Shown: one piece after another, positions 1-9,209 of the stretch
Numbering within the stretch: the stretch's first letter is position 1
How the letters are laid out: every line of letters begins with the position of its first letter
IMG/VR virus record: IMGVR_UViG_3300032224_001591
Location: 64,001-128,000 of that record
Reading direction: 5' to 3' (one strand)
Length of the DNA stretch: 64,000 nucleotides
Source of the DNA: a virus
Notes under the pieces: model-generated
What the model was told of the DNA's origin: nothing
Databases searched by the model: none
The model's input: the letters and a program-made list of their open reading frames with translations, nothing else
Program-made: the position numbers and the translations under genes

Positions 1-2
1 AT

Positions 3-3000
3 GGCTCTTCAGGTTTATCAGGTAATAGTGGGTTAAGTGGAACTTCAGGTTCAACGGGTTCATCAGGTTCAAATGGTAACGATGGAGCTAATGGTTTATC
101 AGCATTAAGTGGTACTTCAGGTACTTCAGGATCAAATGGTTCAAGTGGTAATGCTGGTTCATCAGGTTTAAGTGCATCATCAGGTTCATCAGGTTCAAAT
201 GGTTCTTCAGGAAATACAGGTTCAAATGGTTTAAGTGCATTAAGTGGTACTTCCGGATCTACTGGTACTAATGGTTCTAGCGGAAATGCAGGTTCAAACG
301 GTCTATCTGCTTTATCAGGTACTTCAGGTTCAACTGGTTCAAATGGTTCTTCAGGAGCAGCAGGTCAAAGTGGTTTAAGCGCAACTTCAGGAACTTCAGG
401 TTCTTCAGGTTCAACAGGAGTAGCAGGATCAAGTGGTTTAAGTGCAACCTCAGGTACAACTGGATCAAATGGTTCAAGTGGTGTAGCTGGTTCAAATGGT
501 TTATCTGCTTTATCAGGTACAGCAGGTTCATCAGGTACAACCGGATCAAGCGGTGTTGCTGGTGCATCAGGGACTAGTTCAACGTCGGGAACTTCAGGTT
601 CGACTGGTACCACAGGTTCAAATGGAAACGCAGGAGCTAGTGGTTTAAGCGCAACTTCAGGTTCATCAGGTTCAACAGGTTCAAATGGTACAAGCGGTAA
701 TGCTGGTTCAGCAGGTGCAAGTGCTTTATCTAATACAAGTGGTAGTTCAGGTTCTTCAGGAACATCAGGTTCTACAGGTGCCGCCGGTGCTAGTGGAGCA
801 AGTGCAACTTCAGGAACATCAGGATCTACAGGATCTAATGGTTCAAATGGAGTAGCAGCTTTAAGTGGTACAGCAGGATCTTCGGGTTCTAATGGTAGTT
901 CAGGAGAAGCAGGTACATCAGGTACATCTTCAGGCTCTGTTTCAGGTACTTCAGGTTCAGGTGGTTCAAGTGGTACTTCAGGTAATGCTGGTTCTACAGG
1001 TGCTTCTGCTTTATCAGCAACTTCAGGTTCATCTGGCTCTAGTGGTACAACTGGTTCTTCAGGTATAGCTGGAGGTAGCGGAGCAAGCGCAACTTCAGGT
1101 ACATCAGGAACTACAGGTTCAAATGGTACCTCAGGAAATGCAGGTTCTTCAGGATTATCTGCTTTATCAGGTACATCCGGTTCAACAGGATCAAATGGTT
1201 CAAGTGGTGCAGCAGGCGCAAACGGATCTTCAAATATAAGTGGAACTTCAGGATCTTCAGGTTCTGCCGGTTCAAATGGTAATGCAGGTAATAATGGAGC
1301 TAGTGCAGTAAGCGGAACTTCAGGTTCAACTGGATCTAATGGTTCTAGTGGTATAGCAGGTTCAAATGGTTTATCAGCATTTGCTGGAACTTCAGGTTCA
1401 ACAGGTTCAAACGGATCTACAGGTGTAGCTGGAACTTCAGGAAATAGTAATACAGCCGGAACTTCAGGTTCATCAGGTTCAAATGGTACAAGCGGTAATG
1501 CTGGTTCAGCAGGTGCAAGTGCTTTATCTAATACAAGTGGTAGTTCAGGTTCTTCAGGAACATCAGGTTCTACAGGGGCTGCTGGAGCAAGTGCTGCTTC
1601 TGCTTCTTCAGGAACTTCAGGTTCAAGTGGAACAAGTGGAAATGTAGGTTCAAATGGTTTATCAGCTTTAAGTGGAACTTCAGGCTCAACTGGATCTAAT
1701 GGTTCTAGTGGTGCTGCTGGAGCTTCAGGTTTAAGTGCAACTTCAGGAAGCTCAGGAACTTCAGGTTCAAGTGGTACCACAGGTTCTACCGGAGCTTCAG
1801 GTTCAGGAGCAGCTAGTGGTACATCAGGTACTTCTGGTTCTACTGGTTCTAGTGGTACAGGAGCAAGTGGTACTTCAGGATTAGCAGGTACTTCAGGTAC
1901 ATCAGGCTCAACTGGTTCTTCAGGTGTAGCAGGAGCAAGTGGTTTAAGTCGTTCATCAGGTACTTCAGGATCAACAGGTTCTGCAGGTTCAAATGGTGTT
2001 GATGGAGCTATAGGTTTAAGTGGATTAAGCGGTTCAGCAGGTTCATCAGGTTCTAGTGGTACAACAGGTAACGCTGGTTCTGTAGGAGCAAGTGCAGCAA
2101 GTGCAACTTCAGGTTCTTCAGGTTCTTCAGGATCAACTGGTACTTCAGGTTCAAATGGTAATGCTGGAGCTAGTGGAAATAGTAATACATCAGGAACTTC
2201 AGGTTCTACAGGTACTGTAGGTTCTTCAGGTGCTGCTGGTACTTCAGGCAACGCAGGTTCTTCAGGAGCAAGCTCAACTTCAGGTTCAACTGGTACTTCA
2301 GGTTCTAATGGTGCAAGCGGTAATGCTGCTACAAGTGGTTTAAGTTCAACTTCAGGAAGCTCAGGTACTTCAGGTTCAACTGGTACAACGGGTTCTGCGG
2401 GTGCAGCAGGCGCTTCAGGTGCTAGTGCACTTTCAGGAACTTCAGGTTCATCAGGTTCAAATGGTACAAGTGGTAATGGTGGTTCAAATGGTAATGCTGG
2501 TACTTCAGGTATTTCAAATACTTCAGGATCTTCAGGAACTTCAGGTTCTAGTGGTCTTAATGGTGGAGCAGGAGCTTCAGGTTTAAGTGCAACTTCAGGG
2601 ACATCCGGTTCTTCAGGTTCATCAGGTTCGAATGGTAATGCAGGTGCAAGCGGAACTTCAAATATAAGTGGTACTTCAGGTTCTACAGGTTCAAATGGTA
2701 CATCAGGTAATGCCGGTGCAAATGGAGCTTCTGCAGTTAGTGGAACTTCAGGATCTACAGGTTCTACAGGTTCAAATGGTGCAGCAGGTGGAAATGGAGC
2801 TTCTGCAGTAAGCGGAACTTCAGGTTCAAGTGGTACAACAGGTTCTTCAGGAGCTAATGGCGGTGCTGGTACAAGTGGAATAAGTAATACTGCTGGTACT
2901 TCAGGATCAACTGGTACAAACGGCTCTTCAGGAGCAGCAGGTGCTAGTGGTGTAAGTGGTTTAAGCGGTACTTCAGGTACAACTGGTACTACAGGTTCAA

Positions 3001-4440
3001 ATGGTGCGGCTGGTGGAAATGGTATTTCAAATGTAAGCGGAACTTCTGGTTCTTCAGGTTCTACAGGTTCATCAGGTAATGCTGGGGGAAATGGAGCTTC
3101 AGCAGTAAGCGGAACTTCAGGTACATCCGGTTCTAACGGTACCTCAGGTAACGCTGGAGCTAATGGTGTTTCAAACGTATCCGGTACTTCAGGATCTTCA
3201 GGTTCAGCAGGTTCAAATGGCGCTGCTGGTGGAAACGGAGTTTCAAATGTAAGTGGTACTTCAGGTACAACAGGTTCAAACGGTACAAATGGTAATGCAG
3301 GTGCAAATGGAACTTCAAACATATCTGGAACTTCAGGTTCATCAGGTTCTACAGGTTCATCAGGAGCAGCAGGAGGTAATGGAGCTTCAAATATAAGTGG
3401 TACTTCAGGTACAACAGGTTCAACAGGTTCATCTGGTAATGCTGGAGGAAGCGGTACTTCAAATGTATCAGGAACTTCTGGTTCTACGGGTTCAACAGGT
3501 TCCTCAGGTAATGCTGGTGGAAATGGAGCTTCAGCCGTGAGCGGAACTTCAGGTACAACAGGATCTTCAGGATCTTCAGGTGTAAGTGGTGCTAATGGGG
3601 GAAGCGGAACTTCAGGTGTAAGCGGAACTAATGGTTCTAGCGGATCAGCAGGTATAAGCGGTGCAAATGGAGGAAATGGAACTTCAGGTGTAAGTGGTAC
3701 AAACGGAACAAATGGTTCTAATGGTACAAGCGGTGTAAACGGAGTTTCAGGCGCTAGTGGTTCTTCAGGAACTTCAGGTGGAAGTGGTACTTCAGGTACA
3801 ACTGGTTCAAACGGATCTTCAGGTGGAAATGGTGTAGCCGGAGCAAGTGGTGCCAGCGCAACTTCAGGTTCAACTGGTACAAACGGTTCATCAGGTGGAA
3901 ATGGTGTTGCTGGAGGAAGTGGTGTAAGTGCAACTTCAGGTACAACTGGTTCAAACGGATCTTCAGGAAATAATGGTGCTAATGGTGCTAGTGGAGTTTC
4001 AGGTGTAAGTGGAACTAACGGTACAACAGGTTCAAATGGAGCTAATGGTGGTAACGGCGTAAACGGAGCTTCAGGTACTTCAGGTGTAAATGGTACAACA
4101 GGTTCAAACGGAGCTGCAGGTGGTAACGGTGTAAATGGTGCCAATGGTACAAGTGGTGTTAATGGTACAACAGGTTCTAATGGTGCTGCAGGTGGAAATG
4201 GAGCTAATGGTGCTGGAGGTACTTCAGGTGTAAACGGATCTACAGGTTCTAATGGAGCGGCAGGTGCTAGTGGTGTTAATGGTGCTGGAGGTACTTCAGG
4301 TGTAAATGGTACAACAGGTTCAAGTGGTGCTGCTGGTGGTAATGGAGCTAATGGTGCTAATGGTACAAGTGGAGTTAATGGTACAAATGGTACTTCAGGT
4401 GCGGCTGGTACAAGTGGACAATCAATTAATGGTACTTCAG
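3..4440 (+). repeat. 9-nt-period Gly-X-X coding repeat (GGT TCA TCA / GGT ACT TCA etc.) with higher-order units
   Basis: Continuous GGN codon every third codon, interrupted periodically by Ala/Asn (GLSALSGTS, GTSNISGTS). Confidence 0.95.
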
Positions 4441-4913
4441 GTATTAGTGGTGGTTCATTTACAAATCAACCAGATTATTTAGTTAGAACAACAAGTGCAA
4501 CACAAGTACAAAGTGTAAGTTTCTTAAAAGCGGATACAACAAACACTAGATTAGGTATTAATAATGCTTCACCGTCATATACATTAGATGTTGGAGGTGA
4601 TATATATGCATCTAATAATGTTATAGCTTATTCTGATGAAAGAGTTAAAGAAAATATTGTAACAATTAGCAATGCTTTAGATAAAGTTAAAAATCTTAGA
4701 GGTGTTAATTATACAAGAAAAGATATTAAAGACAAATCATTACAAATGGGTGTTATTGCACAAGAAGTTCAAAAAGTAATCCCAGAAGTAATATCTGTTA
4801 GAGAATCGGATGGTCATTTAGCTGTAGCCTATGCAAATATAGTTGGTTTATTAATTGAAGCAATAAAAGAACAACAAAAACAAATTGACGAGTTAAAAGT
4901 AAAATTAAAATAA
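3..4913 (+). CDS. Giant Gly-X-X (Ser/Thr/Asn/Ala-rich) repeat tail fibre with C-terminal peptidase S74 intramolecular chaperone domain; 5' end lies before the window
   Basis: The frame of ORF 3537..4913 is open from position 3 (GSSGLSGNSGLSGTSG...). I read 3-365 directly. The antisense ORF 365..4144 has no Tyr/His/Gln, which excludes sense-frame stops there. C-terminal YSDERVKENI...GVIAQEV...YANIVGLLIEAIKEQQKQIDEL is the typical S74 chaperone signature. Confidence 0.85.
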   Translation, partial: GSSGLSGNSGLSGTSGSTGSSGSNGNDGANGLSALSGTSGTSGSNGSSGNAGSSGLSASSGSSGSNGSSGNTGSNGLSALSGTSGSTGTNGSSGNAGSNGLSALSGTSGSTGSNGSSGAAGQSGLSATSGTSGSSGSTGVAGSSGLSATSGTTGSNGSSGVAGSNGLSALSGTAGSSGTTGSSGVAGASGTSSTSGTSGSTGTTGSNGNAGASGLSATSGSSGSTGSNGTSGNAGSAGASALSNTSGSSGSSGTSGSTGAAGASGASATSGTSGSTGSNGSNGVAALSGTAGSSGSNGSSGEAGTSGTSSGSVSGTSGSGGSSGTSGNAGSTGASALSATSGSSGSSGTTGSSGIAGGSGASATSGTSGTTGSNGTSGNAGSSGLSALSGTSGSTGSNGSSGAAGANGSSNISGTSGSSGSAGSNGNAGNNGASAVSGTSGSTGSNGSSGIAGSNGLSAFAGTSGSTGSNGSTGVAGTSGNSNTAGTSGSSGSNGTSGNAGSAGASALSNTSGSSGSSGTSGSTGAAGASAASASSGTSGSSGTSGNVGSNGLSALSGTSGSTGSNGSSGAAGASGLSATSGSSGTSGSSGTTGSTGASGSGAASGTSGTSGSTGSSGTGASGTSGLAGTSGTSGSTGSSGVAGASGLSRSSGTSGSTGSAGSNGVDGAIGLSGLSGSAGSSGSSGTTGNAGSVGASAASATSGSSGSSGSTGTSGSNGNAGASGNSNTSGTSGSTGTVGSSGAAGTSGNAGSSGASSTSGSTGTSGSNGASGNAATSGLSSTSGSSGTSGSTGTTGSAGAAGASGASALSGTSGSSGSNGTSGNGGSNGNAGTSGISNTSGSSGTSGSSGLNGGAGASGLSATSGTSGSSGSSGSNGNAGASGTSNISGTSGSTGSNGTSGNAGANGASAVSGTSGSTGSTGSNGAAGGNGASAVSGTSGSSGTTGSSGANGGAGTSGISNTAGTSGSTGTNGSSGAAGASGVSGLSGTSGTTGTTGSNGAAGGNGISNVSGTSGSSGSTGSSGNAGGNGASAVSGTSGTSGSNGTSGNAGANGVSNVSGTSGSSGSAGSNGAAGGNGVSNVSGTSGTTGSNGTNGNAGANGTSNISGTSGSSGSTGSSGAAGGNGASNISGTSGTTGSTGSSGNAGGSGTSNVSGTSGSTGSTGSSGNAGGNGASAVSGTSGTTGSSGSSGVSGANGGSGTSGVSGTNGSSGSAGISGANGGNGTSGVSGTNGTNGSNGTSGVNGVSGASGSSGTSGGSGTSGTTGSNGSSGGNGVAGASGASATSGSTGTNGSSGGNGVAGGSGVSATSGTTGSNGSSGNNGANGASGVSGVSGTNGTTGSNGANGGNGVNGASGTSGVNGTTGSNGAAGGNGVNGANGTSGVNGTTGSNGAAGGNGANGAGGTSGVNGSTGSNGAAGASGVNGAGGTSGVNGTTGSSGAAGGNGANGANGTSGVNGTNGTSGAAGTSGQSINGTSGISGGSFTNQPDYLVRTTSATQVQSVSFLKADTTNTRLGINNASPSYTLDVGGDIYASNNVIAYSDERVKENIVTISNALDKVKNLRGVNYTRKDIKDKSLQMGVIAQEVQKVIPEVISVRESDGHLAVAYANIVGLLIEAIKEQQKQIDELKVKLK
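676..1576 (+). repeat. 103-bp direct repeat pair (676-778 and 1474-1576) inside the fibre gene
   Basis: Both copies read caggttcaaatggtacaagcggtaatgctgg...ggaacatcaggttctacagg. Confidence 0.85.
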
Positions 4914-5542
4914 TGGCTGGTTTTAGTATATTAAATACAGGAAGAATAGCAGCATATACTGGTAGTGTATCTCACTCTATTAGTAATGCTTTCTTTCAAG
5001 ATACTAATGTACGTACTCAAAGTTTAGCTATATATAATGCTTATTATGGAAATTGGATATACAATAATGCAACTAATTTTTATATAAATAGAAATGATCC
5101 TAGTGGAAGAAATATGTATACTAATAATGTTATGACACAATATGGAGGATTTAGAACATATTCATATCAACATTGGGCGGATACAGTATACTATGAATTA
5201 AATATAAGTAATAATACTCCTGACGATATACAATTTACATGTAATGTAAAAGATGATCTTACTTCATATACAAATGTTTTTGATTATACACAATATGGAC
5301 CCGGTAATTACAATAGTGGATTAACATATAATGGTTTTACACCCGGAGCAGCTAATACAAAATTTACTTATCAACTTTTTGTAAGTAATTTAACTAATCC
5401 TAATACGTTTAATGTTGTATCAAACGTTTATGATTATGATTTTAATACTAACTATTATAATAATAATGATCCTTTAGATTTTAATGTTCAAATTTTAGCA
5501 GATTATTATGTTCCTCTTAGCTGGAATTTTGATATAAGTTAA
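4913..5542 (+). CDS. Putative tail-fibre-associated protein (Asn/Tyr-rich, beta-rich)
   Basis: 209-aa ORF translationally coupled (TAATG) to the fibre gene. Confidence 0.5.
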   Translation: MAGFSILNTGRIAAYTGSVSHSISNAFFQDTNVRTQSLAIYNAYYGNWIYNNATNFYINRNDPSGRNMYTNNVMTQYGGFRTYSYQHWADTVYYELNISNNTPDDIQFTCNVKDDLTSYTNVFDYTQYGPGNYNSGLTYNGFTPGAANTKFTYQLFVSNLTNPNTFNVVSNVYDYDFNTNYYNNNDPLDFNVQILADYYVPLSWNFDIS

Positions 5543-5543
5543 A

Positions 5544-5573
5544 TTTGGATTTTCAAAATAAATTTCATATATT
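5544..5573 (+). promoter_or_regulatory. Putative phage promoter TTTGG-N19-TATATT
   Basis: Exact spacing shared with 8-9 other sites; lies just upstream of the 5595 ORF. Confidence 0.7.
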
Positions 5574-5594
5574 TATTGGAAATACAATATTGTT

Positions 5595-8261
5595 ATGCAA
5601 AAACTGTTATACATTGCTCCGCACCTATCCACAGGCGGTTTACCGCAATACTTAACTAAAAAAATAGAATTACTTAAAGACGAATTTGATATTTACCTAG
5701 TTGAATGGGTAGATTGTACCGGGGGTAAGTTAGTTGTACAACGCAACAAAATTAAAAACTTACTTCCGGAGTCAAAATTCTATACATTATATGAAGATAA
5801 AACCGAATTATTTTCTATAATTAATAAAATACAACCTGACATCATACATTTAGAGGAAATCCCTGAAATGTTTATGGATACTAAGGTTGCTGAATTCATT
5901 TATGATCCAAGACGTAAATATAAAATTGTAGAAACGTCTCACGATTCGTCTTACGATACAACCCAAAAAACATTCTACCCTGACAAATTTATGTTTGTAT
6001 CTGATTGGCAAATAAACCAATATAAAGATATAAACATTCCTTCTGTCTTGGTTGAATATCCCATTGAATATATTAATCGTCCTGATAGAACAGAGGCGTT
6101 AAATAAATTAGGATTAGATCCTGAATATAAACATGTTTTACACATTGGTTTATTTACACCACGAAAGAATCAAAAAGAATTCTTTGAATATGCTCGTGCT
6201 TTAAAAGATGAAAAAATCATATTTCACTGTGTAGGTAATCAAGCAGATAACTTTAAATGGTATTGGGAACCACTAATGCAAGACAAACCAGAAAATGTTG
6301 TTTGGTGGAACGAAAGAACAGATGTTGAAAATTTCTATCAAGCAATGGATTTATTTTTGTTTACATCTCGTGGTACAGATCGAGATAAGGAAACAATGCC
6401 TTTAGTTATACGTGAAGCTATCTCAAATCAAATCCCTATTTTAATTTACAACTTACCAGTTTATTTAAATTACTTTAATAAATTTGATAAAATAAACTAT
6501 CTTAATTTTGATAATTTTAAATCTAACTGTAATAAAATATTATCAATGTTAGGTATAGGTAAAACTATTACAAATAAAGAAGAAGAAGTATTTGTTATTT
6601 CAACGTATCCAAAATCAGTAACTGTAATTAACTCAACTAAACAATGTATTGAAGCGGTTAAAAAAACAGGACGTAAAGTAATATTAACTTCTCACATTCC
6701 TATTCCTAAAGAATTAAGCGATATAGCAGATTATGTTATTTCGGACAATAATAATATCTTAACTAAACATTCATACTATTGTAATTATTGGTCTGATTAC
6801 CCTGAAGTTAAAATATACGTTAATTTAAGAGGTAATGACAATGATGTTTATCATGGTCCTACAGTTTATTCAAATTATAGTAACGGAGCAGCATTAGCGT
6901 TTGGTTTAGGATTTAAAAAAGCATTTTTCTTAAATTACGATTATATCCTTAAAAACGAGGAATTTGTAAATGAAGTATCTAAAGAATTAGAAACATCAGA
7001 TTTATATTTCGGAAAATATCAAGCACATGAAGGACCATGTTTATATACATTCTTCTATGCTGCAACTCCCGGACCATTTATAAGTGTAATTCCAAACATT
7101 TACAATGCTGATGATTACAATAAGTTACAATCAAGTTGGGGTAGTGAAAGTAATGGTTTAGAAAATATGTTCTACCATGCTTTTAAAAATACAGAAGACA
7201 TTTATTATGAAGATGGAGATGAATTTAATCGTAAGATAGAAAAAACATTTTATCATACCGATTTTTCACGAGTAGAATATTTTACAATACTACCAACAAA
7301 TATCCCAGATACCTTTGCTCCATTTATTAGAATATCTAATAGTAAAGAAGATAAAGAAATAAGATTATCAATATACAATAAAGAAGGTAAAGAAATTAAT
7401 TACGAATGGATTAGTGTAAATGGTAAAGTAGATTTTTATAAAATTTATCCATACGAAGAAGGACTAACAGTAGTATTTACTGTTTATGACAACGGAGATT
7501 TATCTGAGAAAAAAACATTTAAAGTAGAAAATTTACAAAATAATGGTTTATTAGAAATTAAAAACCTAAAACCAAAAATTAAGTTAATGCATTTAACTAC
7601 TGAACCGGAAACTAATCCAAAAGAAATCCGTTCTGTAGAAAATATAAAAGCGTTTTGTAATGAAATGGGTATTGGTTACGATTTAAGAATCAATAAAATA
7701 TGGACAGAAATGCCTCCAAAAGATACATGTAATCGCCCAGATGTAGTTCAAGAAAAACCAGGATATTATAAGTTAGCTGCCGGACATTATGGTTGTTACT
7801 TAGCACATAAAAACGCAATATGCGATGAAGACAACATTAACTATGATTACGTATTAATAGTAGAGGGCGACGTTGTTATCGATAGTGATTGGAATGAACT
7901 ATACGAATCTTTAAAACGATTTGCAATCATTTCAGCTGAAAAAGATATGGATGTTATGGGATTTGGAAATCCGTGGCAAGATAGAAATTTAAATGGTGGT
8001 AAATATAAAGATGTATTTTTAGATGTTACCCCATTTATACCGGCTCAATCATATTTAATTACAAAAGATAAAGTAGCAAAAATAAAACAACTATTAGAAA
8101 CAACACCTTGGGATGCTATTGACTTATGGATGTGCAACGTAGCAAGATTACGAATTGGTACAGCTGATAAAATATACACTAAACATCTTCCAGGTTTTAG
8201 TATAATAGAACAAACAATAAAAGACGCAAACACAGATAATCCATTAATATTTTTACAATAA
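5595..8261 (+). CDS. Multidomain glycosyltransferase: N-terminal GT-B/GT4-like, central GT-like, C-terminal GT25-like domain
   Basis: PHLSTGGLPQY, IGLFTPRKNQ and ETMPLVIREA (GT4-type). GHYGCYLAHK...LIVEGD...AQSYLI...DAID (GT25-type). Confidence 0.75.
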   Translation: MQKLLYIAPHLSTGGLPQYLTKKIELLKDEFDIYLVEWVDCTGGKLVVQRNKIKNLLPESKFYTLYEDKTELFSIINKIQPDIIHLEEIPEMFMDTKVAEFIYDPRRKYKIVETSHDSSYDTTQKTFYPDKFMFVSDWQINQYKDINIPSVLVEYPIEYINRPDRTEALNKLGLDPEYKHVLHIGLFTPRKNQKEFFEYARALKDEKIIFHCVGNQADNFKWYWEPLMQDKPENVVWWNERTDVENFYQAMDLFLFTSRGTDRDKETMPLVIREAISNQIPILIYNLPVYLNYFNKFDKINYLNFDNFKSNCNKILSMLGIGKTITNKEEEVFVISTYPKSVTVINSTKQCIEAVKKTGRKVILTSHIPIPKELSDIADYVISDNNNILTKHSYYCNYWSDYPEVKIYVNLRGNDNDVYHGPTVYSNYSNGAALAFGLGFKKAFFLNYDYILKNEEFVNEVSKELETSDLYFGKYQAHEGPCLYTFFYAATPGPFISVIPNIYNADDYNKLQSSWGSESNGLENMFYHAFKNTEDIYYEDGDEFNRKIEKTFYHTDFSRVEYFTILPTNIPDTFAPFIRISNSKEDKEIRLSIYNKEGKEINYEWISVNGKVDFYKIYPYEEGLTVVFTVYDNGDLSEKKTFKVENLQNNGLLEIKNLKPKIKLMHLTTEPETNPKEIRSVENIKAFCNEMGIGYDLRINKIWTEMPPKDTCNRPDVVQEKPGYYKLAAGHYGCYLAHKNAICDEDNINYDYVLIVEGDVVIDSDWNELYESLKRFAIISAEKDMDVMGFGNPWQDRNLNGGKYKDVFLDVTPFIPAQSYLITKDKVAKIKQLLETTPWDAIDLWMCNVARLRIGTADKIYTKHLPGFSIIEQTIKDANTDNPLIFLQ

Positions 8262-9209
8262 ATGAAAATTTGCCAAGTACATCCAGGATGTGGTATTCCT
8301 GTCCCCCCAACAACGTGGGGCGCTATAGAAAAAATAGTATGGGAGTTTACTCAAAACTTAATTAAATTAGGACATGAAGTAGATATAAAATTTGTAAACG
8401 AAATTAATCCAGGTGATTATGATATAATACATTGTCACGTTGCTAATTTAGCAATCCAATTAGCTGAAAAAGGTATTCCTTATGTTTACCAATTACACGA
8501 TCATCATGCTTATCATTATGGTAAAGAATCTTATGTTTATAAAGAAAATTTAAAAGCAATAGATGGTTCAATTGTTGCTTTGATGCCTGCTAGATTTTTA
8601 GTAGATTATTTTGGACATTCAAAATGCGAATATTTTTCTCATGGTGTGAATACAGATGAATTTTATCCATTAGATTATAATATGATAAATCATAAATTAC
8701 TTTGCATTGCAAATAATGGTATGGCTGGACATTCAGGTAGAGATAGAAAAGGATTTTCTTATGCTATTGCGGCCGCTATACAAATGGATTTACCTATTAC
8801 AATAGCAGGACCAAGTAATAATAAATATTTCTTTAATGAAAATTTATGGACATTAGCTTATCCAAAATTAGAAATATTATTTGATGTTCAACAAAAAGAT
8901 TTAAATAAATTATATCAAGAACATACTATATTTTTACACCCAAGCGAATTAGAAGCAGGTCATCCAAATTTAACTATACTTGAAGCTGCAGCGTGTGGTT
9001 TACCGATTAATGGTTGGATTGAACATGCTACTGATTTTTATGGAATGTGGAGAGCACCTAGAGATGTTTTTGAAATAGTTCGTGGTCTTAAAGATATTAT
9101 TAATAATTATAAAACATACAAACAAAATGCACTTAACCATGCTCGATCATTATCATGGTTTAATCGTTCACAAGATTTAATAAAAGTATATGAAAGAAGT
9201 TTTAATTAA
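8262..9209 (+). CDS. GT4 family glycosyltransferase
   Basis: PPTTWGAIEKIV, HGVNTDEF, RKG, PSELEAGHPNLTILEAAACGLP. Confidence 0.85.
   Translation: MKICQVHPGCGIPVPPTTWGAIEKIVWEFTQNLIKLGHEVDIKFVNEINPGDYDIIHCHVANLAIQLAEKGIPYVYQLHDHHAYHYGKESYVYKENLKAIDGSIVALMPARFLVDYFGHSKCEYFSHGVNTDEFYPLDYNMINHKLLCIANNGMAGHSGRDRKGFSYAIAAAIQMDLPITIAGPSNNKYFFNENLWTLAYPKLEILFDVQQKDLNKLYQEHTIFLHPSELEAGHPNLTILEAAACGLPINGWIEHATDFYGMWRAPRDVFEIVRGLKDIINNYKTYKQNALNHARSLSWFNRSQDLIKVYERSFN

Noticed and set aside
365-4144. 1259-aa Pro/Glu-rich ORF on the minus strand
   Set aside because: It is the antisense shadow of the Gly-X-X repeat (GGN read as CCN). The + frame is open and ends in a real S74 domain, and all other genes are on +.
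3-4440. Repeat region as a CRISPR array or non-coding satellite
   Set aside because: The period is a multiple of 3 with synonymous variation, and there is no repeat-spacer structure.
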